In this document: positions 1 to 8,157 of the stretch, one piece after another
How positions within the stretch are numbered: the stretch's first letter is position 1
Layout of the letters: each line of letters opens with the position of its first letter
Source of the DNA: an uncultured virus (IMG/VR IMGVR_UViG_3300022925_000015)
Taxonomy: Duplodnaviria; Heunggongvirae; Uroviricota; Caudoviricetes
DNA length: 20,000 nt
IMG/VR virus record: IMGVR_UViG_3300022925_000015
Strand: one strand, 5' to 3'
Notes under the pieces: generated by a model
Database searches by the model: none
Told to the model about the DNA's origin: nothing
Seen by the model: only the letters and a program-made list of their open reading frames with translations
Position numbers and translations under genes: made by a program

Positions 1-103
1 TAACATTGTGGCCAGCAGACTTTAGAACTTTAGGAAACTCAGTTTTCCATTGTTTTGTGTAACGTGTTTCTACTGCTTCTAAGTCAACTAACCAAATGTT
101 CAT
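1..103 (-). CDS. 5' part of a gene running off the window edge; probable glycosyltransferase
   Basis: Not in the ORF track. ATG at 103 follows AAAAGGAAATAACA (SD). Frame reads MNIWLVDLEAVETRYTKQWKTEFPKVLKSAGHNV, open to the edge. The N-terminal beta-strand/helix/GHxV pattern resembles GT-B glycosyltransferases I recall from large phages. Only 34 aa are visible. Confidence 0.55.
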   Translation of the reverse strand, partial: MNIWLVDLEAVETRYTKQWKTEFPKVLKSAGHNV

Positions 104-105
104 TG

Positions 106-306
106 TTATTTCCTTTTGTTAAAATTTCTACCACGCTTCTTATAGTGGTTATTGTTCCGCTTGGTAAATGCACGCCACTCTCTACTAGAGTTGTTGTACA
201 AATTTTTCTCATCGAATGGCAACCATTCAAAACGACAAAAATCACGGAACTTATCAAGGTCATTGAACACCTTGACAATCTTGGGATTGTCTGCAAAATA
301 AGACAC
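106..306 (-). CDS. hypothetical protein, 66 aa, basic C-terminus
   Basis: GTG start with AAAAGGAG SD upstream (AGGAG at 313-317); packed between neighbouring genes. Confidence 0.8.
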   Translation of the reverse strand: MSYFADNPKIVKVFNDLDKFRDFCRFEWLPFDEKNLYNNSSREWRAFTKRNNNHYKKRGRNFNKRK

Positions 307-320
307 TGTAATCTCCTTTT

Positions 321-761
321 CTATCTTGCATACTCAATGTGGGCACCGTTTTCTCCATCTTCACTTACGTCAATATGGACTTCACGGCCTGGATGTTTTG
401 CAATAATCTGTTCGTATAGATCATCGCATATCATTTCACAACTTTTATAATCTAGTTCAAGGGTTTTCTCCTCATACAGTTTTTCTAACCAACGTTTAAA
501 TTGAATGAACTCAATATCTCTGTCGTTGTGTGTTACAGTGATACCGACCTTAAAGTGGAATATGTGTCTATGGGGATATCCCAAAAACGAAACATCATAT
601 TCATCACCTGTTGCAAGTGCTGGATCTTCCAGTGCCGCAGGATATTTGTGGATACCTTCCTTTCGGAACGTTACCCAAATCATTCTTTTTGCTGTAGACA
701 TAATACGTCTATGATTGTCTTCTGCCATTGCTTCTTTCATCATTGTATCAGTTATACCCAT
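321..761 (-). CDS. dpdL: QueD-like T-fold protein, DpdL-type (putative 7-carboxy-7-deazaguanine decarboxylase)
   Basis: QueD-like layout (EGIH...LGYPHRHIFHFKV...DIEFIQFK...KSCEMI). It has LxxxHRHxF where canonical QueD has CxxxHGH. Lies next to a DpdA-like gene. The start could be the later MMKEAM. Confidence 0.7.
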   Translation of the reverse strand: MGITDTMMKEAMAEDNHRRIMSTAKRMIWVTFRKEGIHKYPAALEDPALATGDEYDVSFLGYPHRHIFHFKVGITVTHNDRDIEFIQFKRWLEKLYEEKTLELDYKSCEMICDDLYEQIIAKHPGREVHIDVSEDGENGAHIEYAR

Positions 762-779
762 AGTATACTACCTTTTGTT

Positions 780-1310
780 CTAGTTGTCATCCACTATTTT
801 ATCGTTTTTATATTCTTCCCAATTAGTGAATCTTTCTTCATCCATTAGTGTGTGCAATCTATGACACCATACACCTGGATTTGTTGCTTGGAAATCTTTA
901 TCATCAATCTTAATCATTGTGTTGTAGTTCCATTGTTTTATATAAGGAATTGGAACACGTAGTTGCGGAATAAAATTTTCGTATTCAATTAATGGTCCAT
1001 CTAAAAACATTTCTGCTGCATTAATTGGAATATCTAAACTACATAGATATCCTTCTTGTAAAAATGGTTGAATCATCTTCTCCCATTCTTCATAATAATC
1101 TGCACTATGGTTTTCAGTAGCAGGATCAAAACTATGATTAGCACCAAAGAAAATATGCTTGTGAGTATCTAAATGTCCTCTAATAATTTGTACATCGTTA
1201 ATGCCTGTGACAAATAATGTAAGTTTCAAATGTGCAGGAGTCTTTTCAACTTCAAAGCCTGAAAAGAATCTAACATTGTCTGCTTTGCCATTTTCGTAAT
1301 CACGGTTCAT
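780..1310 (-). CDS. hypothetical protein in DNA-modification cluster (176 aa)
   Basis: Long ORF with an ATGA overlap with the upstream stop; globular alpha/beta-like sequence (HIFFGANHSF, IKIDDKDF, NPGVWCH). No family recognised. Confidence 0.85.
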   Translation of the reverse strand: MNRDYENGKADNVRFFSGFEVEKTPAHLKLTLFVTGINDVQIIRGHLDTHKHIFFGANHSFDPATENHSADYYEEWEKMIQPFLQEGYLCSLDIPINAAEMFLDGPLIEYENFIPQLRVPIPYIKQWNYNTMIKIDDKDFQATNPGVWCHRLHTLMDEERFTNWEEYKNDKIVDDN

Positions 1311-1486
1311 ACTGTATGTTCCTTTTCAATCCTTTCAATTTGATCTTTAAGTTTAAGACGTTTCTTTTTCATTTCACTTAATTCTTCGTCTTTAAAATTA
1401 CCAGTCTTTTCCATTTTGTCTACTTGTGTATTTAGGAATTTGTGTGATTCTTTTAACCAAAGTAAACGTTTTGTATAGTCGGACAT
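1307..1486 (-). CDS. small coiled-coil protein, DUF465/YdcH-like (59 aa)
   Basis: Start reassigned to ATG 1486 with AGGAGG SD (1493-1498). Sequence LKESHKFLNTQVDKME...LSEMKKKRLKLKDQI matches the DUF465 pattern (H..L...I; KK.KL.LKD.I). Confidence 0.75.
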   Translation of the reverse strand: MSDYTKRLLWLKESHKFLNTQVDKMEKTGNFKDEELSEMKKKRLKLKDQIERIEKEHTV

Positions 1487-1487
1487 A

Positions 1488-3035
1488 TTACGCCTCCTGT
1501 AATTGTTCCTCAAGTTTATCAAGTTCAGTATCTTCTCTATCATCAGTCCACGGAACTTCTTCTTCACCGTTCTCGTCAACTTCTACAAACAAACTATCAG
1601 AAATGTTAGTTACACCACCACGCAGTCTAGCACCTTCAAGATCTTTTAGGAAACTGTCTGCTTCTTTAATCATTGCAAACGCTGCCTCTTTAGTTGGCTG
1701 CCCGAATAGTTCTTTTACAAATCTATCAAAGTATAAGATGTTACGTGGAACCCATTCAGAGTATTCATCACTCTTATCTGCTTCTTTTACTTTACGCCAT
1801 TGTCTCCAATCAGGCTGTGCTTTTGCAATCTCAATATCCATAAGTGTATTTGCACGTTGTACTGCTTTAATATGACATTCTACATTGTGCGACATCATAA
1901 GTGCATACGCAAAACTATCCCAACTTGTTTTGCCTTCTTTACCGATCTTATTCAACATACCCGGAGCATAATGACAGATGTCAGCAATTGTCATACGTCT
2001 TCCAACTTCACTTTCAAATGGAAACTGTATATCGTGACGTTGAGCAAGTGCTTTATTGTCCGGAGCCTTGTCCATAATCACTGACCAACGTTTGCTTGAA
2101 TGTTGTGCATTTGTATATACAAGTCCGTGTGCTGTTGCAATAAACGGAGATGCACAATCAAAACTAATAGTAAAGTTAGGATTAATTTGCTCTCTAATAA
2201 TTCTTTGAATACTTGTTAAGTAACACGACCAATCTAGTTGTGCTGTACCTAAGAAGTGCATCCAGTCTTTACCTTCAAGCATACCATCAAACTTCATTGT
2301 AATCAATCTACGTAGTGTAATTGGCATCTTGCACATATTAGCACCACCCATTGCCCAACCTTCAGCAGCCTTATCACCATATACCGCAGGATCGGAGAAT
2401 TCTTTTACACCTTCGTACCACCTTTCAGCAGTATCCCAGTTTGAACCCTGCAATACATTTAAGAACTTAGTTTGACCTAAACGATTATCAAGGAAGTATT
2501 TGTTATTGTAACGAGTCTTATCAAGACAGTCTTCAAATGTTTTTAGTCCTGTTTTAGGAGAGTGAATATGATCACAAGCCCAAGTTGGAACATCAAGCAT
2601 CATCGACCAGTCAGCAGTTAGTTCTAACCATTCTAAGATACGTTGCCTTACTTTAGTTGCTTCAGCACCTTCAAAATTTAACCAATCAAACTTAATAACA
2701 CCTTTACCAATCTGATATCCGCCGGAGTCTCCAAGTATCATCGTCTTGTCTCGATTTCTATCTTGGATCATACTTTCTTGTACTAGACTTTTTTGCAAAT
2801 CAAGTTGTGCGTGACCTGCACTATAAAGTCCATACTTGTATGTAAAGTACCCTGCTTCTTCATTCAAAAAGTTCATACCTTCAATACCTCTATCGAATCC
2901 TTTAGGAATACGATCTTGCGGAACAAATTCTTCTAGTCTTTGTTTCGCAACATAGGTACTAAAGAAAGAACTAATCGCAGGAAGAAACACTGCGTAATCT
3001 TTCTGTAGTGGTGATAAGTTTGTTTGATCTTTCAT
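1488..3035 (-). CDS. dpdA: TGT-fold guanine transglycosylase, DpdA-like (possibly DpdA3 subfamily)
   Basis: TGT motifs ILGDSGGYQ, MMLDVP, NVLQG, WAMGG, MHFLG and ISFDCASP. No CxCxxC zinc site typical of tRNA TGT. Acidic C-terminal tail. Phage replication-gene context favours a DNA substrate over tRNA. Confidence 0.8.
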   Translation of the reverse strand: MKDQTNLSPLQKDYAVFLPAISSFFSTYVAKQRLEEFVPQDRIPKGFDRGIEGMNFLNEEAGYFTYKYGLYSAGHAQLDLQKSLVQESMIQDRNRDKTMILGDSGGYQIGKGVIKFDWLNFEGAEATKVRQRILEWLELTADWSMMLDVPTWACDHIHSPKTGLKTFEDCLDKTRYNNKYFLDNRLGQTKFLNVLQGSNWDTAERWYEGVKEFSDPAVYGDKAAEGWAMGGANMCKMPITLRRLITMKFDGMLEGKDWMHFLGTAQLDWSCYLTSIQRIIREQINPNFTISFDCASPFIATAHGLVYTNAQHSSKRWSVIMDKAPDNKALAQRHDIQFPFESEVGRRMTIADICHYAPGMLNKIGKEGKTSWDSFAYALMMSHNVECHIKAVQRANTLMDIEIAKAQPDWRQWRKVKEADKSDEYSEWVPRNILYFDRFVKELFGQPTKEAAFAMIKEADSFLKDLEGARLRGGVTNISDSLFVEVDENGEEEVPWTDDREDTELDKLEEQLQEA

Positions 3036-3773
3036 TTAAGCCGCCTGTGCTGGAATAATATATTTGTATTTTGCTAATCCGCTATCTAGTGTAATTTGCA
3101 CTGCACCTTCATTGGAAATGCTCATCTTGGTATTGTTAACATCTGCAATCTTAAGGATTGCTAGAATACTTGCTACAGGCCAAGTCCAGCCTCTGTCAAG
3201 TGTACCAGTTACATCAGTTGCAAAAATAAATTCGCCACCGTGTGTACTTGCATCACCAAAGATAAACTTTAAGTTACCATCTTCAGTTTTTGCTAAGAAT
3301 GTTGGATGCTCTGGATTAGCCCCTGCTTGGAAATTAAAACGCTGTACGCCTGCAAGTGTAGGAACAACTTCTACGTCCCAGTTTACACCACGAAACTTTA
3401 CAGTTTTCATTTTCTCATTAATAATTTCTTGATTCATAAAACGATAGTCGTTTTTAAAATCACCATCTGCATTTTCAAAGTGAATACCTACAGGAATATT
3501 TGCACCATTACGTTCTGCGTTTGTAATAGTAATCTTTGCGTCCTTTTGATATTCAGTACCGTCAATCAAGTATTTCAACTTGTTTAATTGTGGCATACCA
3601 AATGTGCCAATCATATCTGCATATGGGTTATGTGTATCTGCTTCCATAATAACTGATCTATCATCAGCCATTGAAAACATCGATGTGCCTGCTTCTTCGC
3701 CAGTCACTTTCACAGTAGTTAGAAAACCTAAGTTCTGTGTATGACTAACAATATCTTGTAAGATGTCTTTCAT
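3036..3773 (-). CDS. probable DNA polymerase sliding clamp (gp45/PCNA-like)
   Basis: 245 aa with a two-domain beta/alpha pattern ending in a beta-strand (KYKYIIPA), directly downstream of PolB; SD GAGGAG. Confidence 0.7.
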   Translation of the reverse strand: MKDILQDIVSHTQNLGFLTTVKVTGEEAGTSMFSMADDRSVIMEADTHNPYADMIGTFGMPQLNKLKYLIDGTEYQKDAKITITNAERNGANIPVGIHFENADGDFKNDYRFMNQEIINEKMKTVKFRGVNWDVEVVPTLAGVQRFNFQAGANPEHPTFLAKTEDGNLKFIFGDASTHGGEFIFATDVTGTLDRGWTWPVASILAILKIADVNNTKMSISNEGAVQITLDSGLAKYKYIIPAQAA

Positions 3774-3795
3774 TGAATTCTCCTCTGTAACTTAC

Positions 3796-3824
3796 ATTAT
3801 ATTTAGGTTTGATTGAAAGTGCAA
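3796..3824 (-). promoter_or_regulatory. sigma70-type promoter for clamp/dpdA genes, overlapping a TAAATA motif
   Basis: Minus strand TTGCAC-17 bp-TATAAT with an A-tract upstream; TAAATA at 3800-3805 overlaps the -10 box. Confidence 0.55.
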
Positions 3825-3832
3825 GAATTTTT

Positions 3833-6496
3833 TTACTCAAAATCAAACAAATTGTTAAAATTATTATCGGAACGGGTTGAACTTATATCCCACTCCAATA
3901 CACCAATCAAGTTCTTGAGTTTTTCATCAATCACTGTATTTTCCATTGTTGCGTCATCAAATGGCAAATCTTTGAACCATTCAGGCAAACGCAACTCATC
4001 CACAGGATATGCAATACTTGTATAGCCCATTGGATTGTCCTTTACCTTACAGACAATAACTTTTGCACCATCTGTAATATTCATAGAGTATTTGTCTCCG
4101 TTCATACGTTTAAGCGTCATCCAATTGATACTTGCTCTTACGTGTCCAGGCATATTCACTTTGCCTGCTTTCTTTTCCTTTGCTTCATACTCTGTGATCT
4201 TGTTTGCACGTTTTGGAGAACCTTTCTCCCAACCTGGACGTGACTTAAATTCTGTTCTAAATTCTGTAATGTAATCTAGTACTGCTTCTTTCTCTTTACC
4301 GGACAGTACCATTTCTAACACATTGCTTAAGAAATCTTGTATAACAACTGGAGTATCTGAACGTTTAAGATCAAGACCCATTGCTTTAATTTTACCTGGC
4401 TTGCCTTCTGTATCTGTTCTAAAGCCTTCAATGTCATAGTAAAGAACTGCATAACGTTTCTTTGTAATGAACAAGCCTTTACTTGCAACAATCTCTCTAG
4501 CAGCAGCAATAACTTCTGAACGCTTCTTAGGGCAGTGAAATGCATCACTCATAAACTTCGGAAACGTAGAGTTAGTATTCTCACCAATTGTATCATACAA
4601 CTCCATAACACTATCTTTTGTCCAAGGAATAGCACCTGCTTCAATATCTTTCTTTAGTGTACTATATGCGCTGAAGTATGTAGAATCAGTATCACCATAT
4701 ACAATTGCTTTACCTGTATGATCATAAGTGCCAGTAATTATCTCATTGATCTTTGCAGCCATATGCTGTGTAATGGATCTGCCTGTAAGTGTAACACTTT
4801 GACCAATCCTATTGTCGAAAAACCTACAACCAGGATTAAGAATAGCACCATACAAACTGTTAAGTAGAATCTTCTTAACCAACTGCCTTTTTGCCCAGTA
4901 TTCTTCTTCAATTTTGTTCCCTGCATTTTGACTTTCTTTCTGCTTCGCCTGCATTTCTTTACGTTCTTTATACCAACGTGTTAGCAGTCCTGGAATGACT
5001 CCTTCTTTTTCATATGTAAAGATTGTGCCGTTAGCACTAAGCATCCAAGGCTGGTTGCTTTCATAAATTAAGTCATAAACTTGTGCGGCACTAATTTTAT
5101 CTTCTCCGCCACGTTCCCAGTCAATAGTAATTTCTCTACTAACTTCTTTATCCATTACACTTGAATATTCTACACTGCCAAACATACCTTCCCAAGCAGA
5201 AGCAAATGATTTGCCTTTTGCCATTTGTCCTTCAATATGTGCTTTAGTACCATCTTGTCGCAACTGTCCAACAACTGTTTCAGGACCCATATTCAATGCT
5301 CTAATAACAGATGGATACAGTGAATTCAAGTCAACACTACCTATCCATTCGTGAATACCTTTCTTAGGATATGCAACATAAGCACCTGCCGCAGGCTCAC
5401 TGCCTGGCTCACGTTTCACTCTGTTGGGAACAATCATTCCACGTCTGTGTGCTTCGTTGATAATACCTTGTTCTGTAACAGCAACAGCACCCATTGTTGT
5501 TTGTATAAGCACTGTATTTTCGTGTGCAATAGTATTTGCAAGATCAATAAACTTTAGTTTTTTATCTAGTTTGTCAAGTAGTGCAGTATCTTGTCTGTTG
5601 TATTCAATAAATGTTCTAAAGTCATTGTTATAAAGAGCATCAAGACTACCTTCATAAACAGTCTTTTTCTCGCCAATCTCTAGTTCACCAATAGCATCTA
5701 GTCTGTATGTATGTCGTTCTTCATAGTTATACTTTCTGTAAAGTTCTAAACTATCAACGTGTACACGCCCAATTAGATCATATGTAGTTGATTCTTTACC
5801 AAACTTTTCATATGTTCTTTTCTTAGGTTTTTGATCCCACAAACATAAACGTCTAGTATCATCTGCACTTAAAACTTTGATAATACGGTTAACAGTGTAA
5901 GGCATATCATAACCTTCACTGTTCCAGCCACTTAGTACGTCAGCATCTTGTATAAGATCTAAAAACGCATCAAGCATATCTGCTTCATTGTCATACAGTA
6001 TAGTATTAGGAATACCTTCAATTGCTTTATGTGCTTCTTCCATACTTAGAGTCTTTGGAGGAATCGCTAAACAAATTAGTTCATCCATCCACTGCAAGTG
6101 TACAGCAATTGATGTAATAGGCATAAATGCATCTTCTGGAGATGCATATCCACGCTCAGGATCAAAGTCAACCTCGATATCCCAAAACGCTACATTTAGT
6201 TTAGGAGCATCAACATTTAAGTAGTTGTCTTCTAAACATCGATAAATTGGATTTATATCGCTTTCATATAATTTTTTGTTTGAATGAATTGCAAGTTCTT
6301 TACGCAGTTCTTTAATATTCTTTGCGTTTACTCGCGACAGTGGTTCCCCGTAAATACTTTGATACTTACCTCTTTGGTCTGGGAAATAAAATATGTGTCT
6401 TGGATTGTATTCGTGGAATACACGTTTTCCGTCTTTTCGCTCGACAACTCTGATTGTGTCTTCACCGCGATCATAGAATGCATCTACGTAGCTCAT
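3833..6496 (-). CDS. family B DNA polymerase (T4 gp43-like) with 3'-5' exonuclease
   Basis: ExoI WDIEVD, ExoII GWNSEGYDMPY, ExoIII YNRQD; polymerase motifs SVDLNSLYPS, KKILLNSLYG, YGDTDS, KKRY; C-terminal clamp-binding-like peptide FNNLFDFE. Confidence 0.98.
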   Translation of the reverse strand: MSYVDAFYDRGEDTIRVVERKDGKRVFHEYNPRHIFYFPDQRGKYQSIYGEPLSRVNAKNIKELRKELAIHSNKKLYESDINPIYRCLEDNYLNVDAPKLNVAFWDIEVDFDPERGYASPEDAFMPITSIAVHLQWMDELICLAIPPKTLSMEEAHKAIEGIPNTILYDNEADMLDAFLDLIQDADVLSGWNSEGYDMPYTVNRIIKVLSADDTRRLCLWDQKPKKRTYEKFGKESTTYDLIGRVHVDSLELYRKYNYEERHTYRLDAIGELEIGEKKTVYEGSLDALYNNDFRTFIEYNRQDTALLDKLDKKLKFIDLANTIAHENTVLIQTTMGAVAVTEQGIINEAHRRGMIVPNRVKREPGSEPAAGAYVAYPKKGIHEWIGSVDLNSLYPSVIRALNMGPETVVGQLRQDGTKAHIEGQMAKGKSFASAWEGMFGSVEYSSVMDKEVSREITIDWERGGEDKISAAQVYDLIYESNQPWMLSANGTIFTYEKEGVIPGLLTRWYKERKEMQAKQKESQNAGNKIEEEYWAKRQLVKKILLNSLYGAILNPGCRFFDNRIGQSVTLTGRSITQHMAAKINEIITGTYDHTGKAIVYGDTDSTYFSAYSTLKKDIEAGAIPWTKDSVMELYDTIGENTNSTFPKFMSDAFHCPKKRSEVIAAAREIVASKGLFITKKRYAVLYYDIEGFRTDTEGKPGKIKAMGLDLKRSDTPVVIQDFLSNVLEMVLSGKEKEAVLDYITEFRTEFKSRPGWEKGSPKRANKITEYEAKEKKAGKVNMPGHVRASINWMTLKRMNGDKYSMNITDGAKVIVCKVKDNPMGYTSIAYPVDELRLPEWFKDLPFDDATMENTVIDEKLKNLIGVLEWDISSTRSDNNFNNLFDFE

Positions 6497-6500
6497 TTGT

Positions 6501-6556
6501 TCTCCTTGTATGCAATTTCAGGCTTGCAAATACCAACGTGTCGCTTATTGGCCGAC
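6501..6556 (-). promoter_or_regulatory. structured 5' leader of the DNA polymerase gene (putative translational operator)
   Basis: Hairpin GTCG-GCCAATAAG-CGAC (6540-6556) and hairpin GTA(TT)TGCAA-GCCTGAAA-TTGCATAC (6508-6533) directly abutting the SD AAGGAGA (6501-6507). Confidence 0.55.
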
Positions 6557-6575
6557 TTTACCATCTTCATATTAC

Positions 6576-6830
6576 TTATCCTGTAAAAACACTTAGTAAA
6601 TGTTTTGTGACTCCGTATGTATAAATTAAGGAAAGAACTCCGTTCAAAACAATTAAACTTTTTTCTTTCCACAACACACCTACCACTGTCCAAATAACAG
6701 AAGCAAAAAAGAAACCATACACTCCGTACATTTCATTTGGAAATGCACTTATAAGCACTGCCGCTGTAAGCAATACTGTAGTGCCTGACCACGCTAATGG
6801 TTGATATGGTTTACTCACTTGTACTGTCAT
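6576..6830 (-). CDS. small integral membrane protein (about 3 TM helices)
   Basis: Three hydrophobic segments; ATG 6830 is better spaced from GAGG than ATG 6836. Confidence 0.8.
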   Translation of the reverse strand: MTVQVSKPYQPLAWSGTTVLLTAAVLISAFPNEMYGVYGFFFASVIWTVVGVLWKEKSLIVLNGVLSLIYTYGVTKHLLSVFTG

Positions 6831-7101
6831 TATCATCCTCTTCTATATTATCAGGTTTCAAAATAGGCATACCGCCATTATCAAAATAACGTCCATCGTC
6901 CGTTACATAAATGTGCGTTGTAATGTTAGTTCCGTCAATTACACTCTTTTTATAGATACGCTTTCTTTTAATGTTACCTTTGTAACTTGTGTAATCAGCA
7001 TTTACTAATCTAACATTGCCATTTAGATTACCATAAATTCTATCAGCAGGTTCGCCGCCTGGACCAATATGATTAGACACAATAAGTTCTTTATTTGACA
7101 T
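6811..7101 (-). CDS. hypothetical protein
   Basis: ORF with ATG at 7101 (MSNKEL), overlapping its neighbours in operon-like fashion. Confidence 0.75.
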   Translation of the reverse strand: MSNKELIVSNHIGPGGEPADRIYGNLNGNVRLVNADYTSYKGNIKRKRIYKKSVIDGTNITTHIYVTDDGRYFDNGGMPILKPDNIEEDDNDSTSE

Positions 7102-7285
7102 TTGCAATCTTTCCTACATCCCAACCAAAAACTTTTGCAATCTCTAGACCGTCTTGGGTTGGGCCCTTGCCAGTCTGTTGCGGCTTTTTATTCTTCTTAG
7201 TTTTCTTCATTTGGTAACCTGATCCTCCTCCACCTTTGAAATGGATACGTGGGTCGAATGTTGTGTATTCTTTCCTTTTAGACAT
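7091..7285 (-). CDS. small basic hypothetical protein (64 aa)
   Basis: Lys/Gly-rich ORF immediately downstream of a near-consensus promoter. Confidence 0.7.
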   Translation of the reverse strand: MSKRKEYTTFDPRIHFKGGGGSGYQMKKTKKNKKPQQTGKGPTQDGLEIAKVFGWDVGKIANVK

Positions 7286-7295
7286 AATTGTTTAT

Positions 7296-7324
7296 ATAAT
7301 AACACAACTATATCCTGTTGTCAA
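7296..7324 (-). promoter_or_regulatory. sigma70-type promoter
   Basis: Minus strand TTGACA-17 bp-TATTAT with TGTG just upstream of the -10 box, in an intergenic gap. Confidence 0.8.
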
Positions 7325-7333
7325 GTGTTTATT

Positions 7334-7510
7334 TTAGTGGATTGTATCTACAAGAGGATTTGGTGTTGGATGTTCTTCAACCATTAGCAAATCCTTTACA
7401 TTGATGTTTGGTTCTTGTTCTTCTAATGTAAGACAAGCATCTTTGAAGTCCATTGCAACGACTTCATATACTTCGTTGTTATCCATAGTAAAGTGATATA
7501 ATTTAGGCAT
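7334..7510 (-). CDS. small acidic hypothetical protein (58 aa), missed by ORF track
   Basis: AAAGGA SD then ATG 7510; MPKLYHFTMDNNEVYEVVAMDFKDACLTLEEQEPNINVKDLLMVEEHPTPNPLVDTIH*; fills the gap between genes. Confidence 0.75.
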   Translation of the reverse strand: MPKLYHFTMDNNEVYEVVAMDFKDACLTLEEQEPNINVKDLLMVEEHPTPNPLVDTIH

Positions 7511-7521
7511 TGTAGTCCTTT

Positions 7522-7803
7522 CTAGATCCAGTTAGCCGCTACAGCATAACCGAATACGTTTACACAAGCAAAGTAAAAAGTTAATAGTGTTACCCAAGCA
7601 GCACCTCTACGTAAAGATGCGTAGCATTGAGTAATACTACCTACAAAGAACCCTGGGTACACAATTAGCATATTAGGATCCCTTGCTGTAAGAGCAAGTG
7701 TCATACTTGCACCTACTGTAAAGATAAAACTCACAAGTTCAAAACCAAATGCAACTTTGTCGCTTTGGTAACTGTTTACCCAAAAGTTTTTGATCTTTTC
7801 CAA
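7522..7803 (-). CDS. small integral membrane protein (about 3 TM helices)
   Basis: TTG start directly after the upstream stop; three hydrophobic segments. Confidence 0.8.
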   Translation of the reverse strand: MEKIKNFWVNSYQSDKVAFGFELVSFIFTVGASMTLALTARDPNMLIVYPGFFVGSITQCYASLRRGAAWVTLLTFYFACVNVFGYAVAANWI

Positions 7804-8100
7804 TTATTCGTCGTCCGCACGTGGACCGGACACATCATCTGGTAAGTTCTTAGTAATGCCTAAGATACTTTCAATCTCTGTCCATTCTTCTTCGTGCTTT
7901 TGCCAGTCACCTTTATGTGCAATTTTAATTGCTTTATTGATTGTGCTAGGTTTAATTTGAAGTTCTTCTGCTACTGCTTTTACAGTATCTTTAAGTCCTT
8001 CGTTTAGGTCTTCTACTTCACGCAACACGTTAGAACCCTCTTTGATTAAACGTTCTAGTTTTGCTTTTTCTTCAGGCCCGTAACTTGATCTTGCTGTCAT
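7804..8100 (-). CDS. dsDNA-binding protein, T4 DsbA/GapR-like
   Basis: 98-aa helical protein (LREVEDLNEGLKDTVKAVAEELQIKPSTINKAIKIAHK) with the DsbA/GapR pattern; SD AGGAG; first gene after a promoter. Confidence 0.7.
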   Translation of the reverse strand: MTARSSYGPEEKAKLERLIKEGSNVLREVEDLNEGLKDTVKAVAEELQIKPSTINKAIKIAHKGDWQKHEEEWTEIESILGITKNLPDDVSGPRADDE

Positions 8101-8128
8101 AAAATAATACTCCTGTTAGTGTTTTAGT

Positions 8129-8157
8129 ATTATATAGTCACAAAAAAAGCCAGTCAA
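8129..8157 (-). promoter_or_regulatory. sigma70-type promoter heading the replication block
   Basis: Minus strand TTGACT-17 bp-TATAAT. Confidence 0.8.

Noticed and set aside
272..300. Plus-strand TTGACA as a promoter
   Set aside because: It lies inside a coding region, has a poor -10 at 17 bp and points at no credible gene.
321..761. Canonical QueD/PTPS call
   Set aside because: It lacks the CxxxHGH catalytic motif and has LxxxHRHxF instead.
762..790. ATGACA-17 bp-TATACT promoter and TAGTATACTA palindrome upstream of the dpdL-like gene
   Set aside because: Imperfect -35 inside the upstream CDS and -10 abutting the ATG; plausible but not distinguishable from chance.
1487..1579. N-terminal extension of the 90-aa ORF
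   Set aside because: It overlaps the end of dpdA; a strong SD supports ATG 1486.
1488..3035. Ordinary tRNA-guanine transglycosylase (tgt)
   Set aside because: No zinc-binding CxCxxC...H site, divergent length and sequence, and replication-gene context; a DNA target is more likely though unproven.
3833..6496. Intein, intron or split in the DNA polymerase
   Set aside because: Continuous 887-aa ORF of normal size with no splicing motifs.
6493..6693. 66-aa minus-strand ORF spanning the polB leader
   Set aside because: It overlaps the membrane protein gene in another frame; the gap is better explained as a structured leader, although a short uORF is not excluded.
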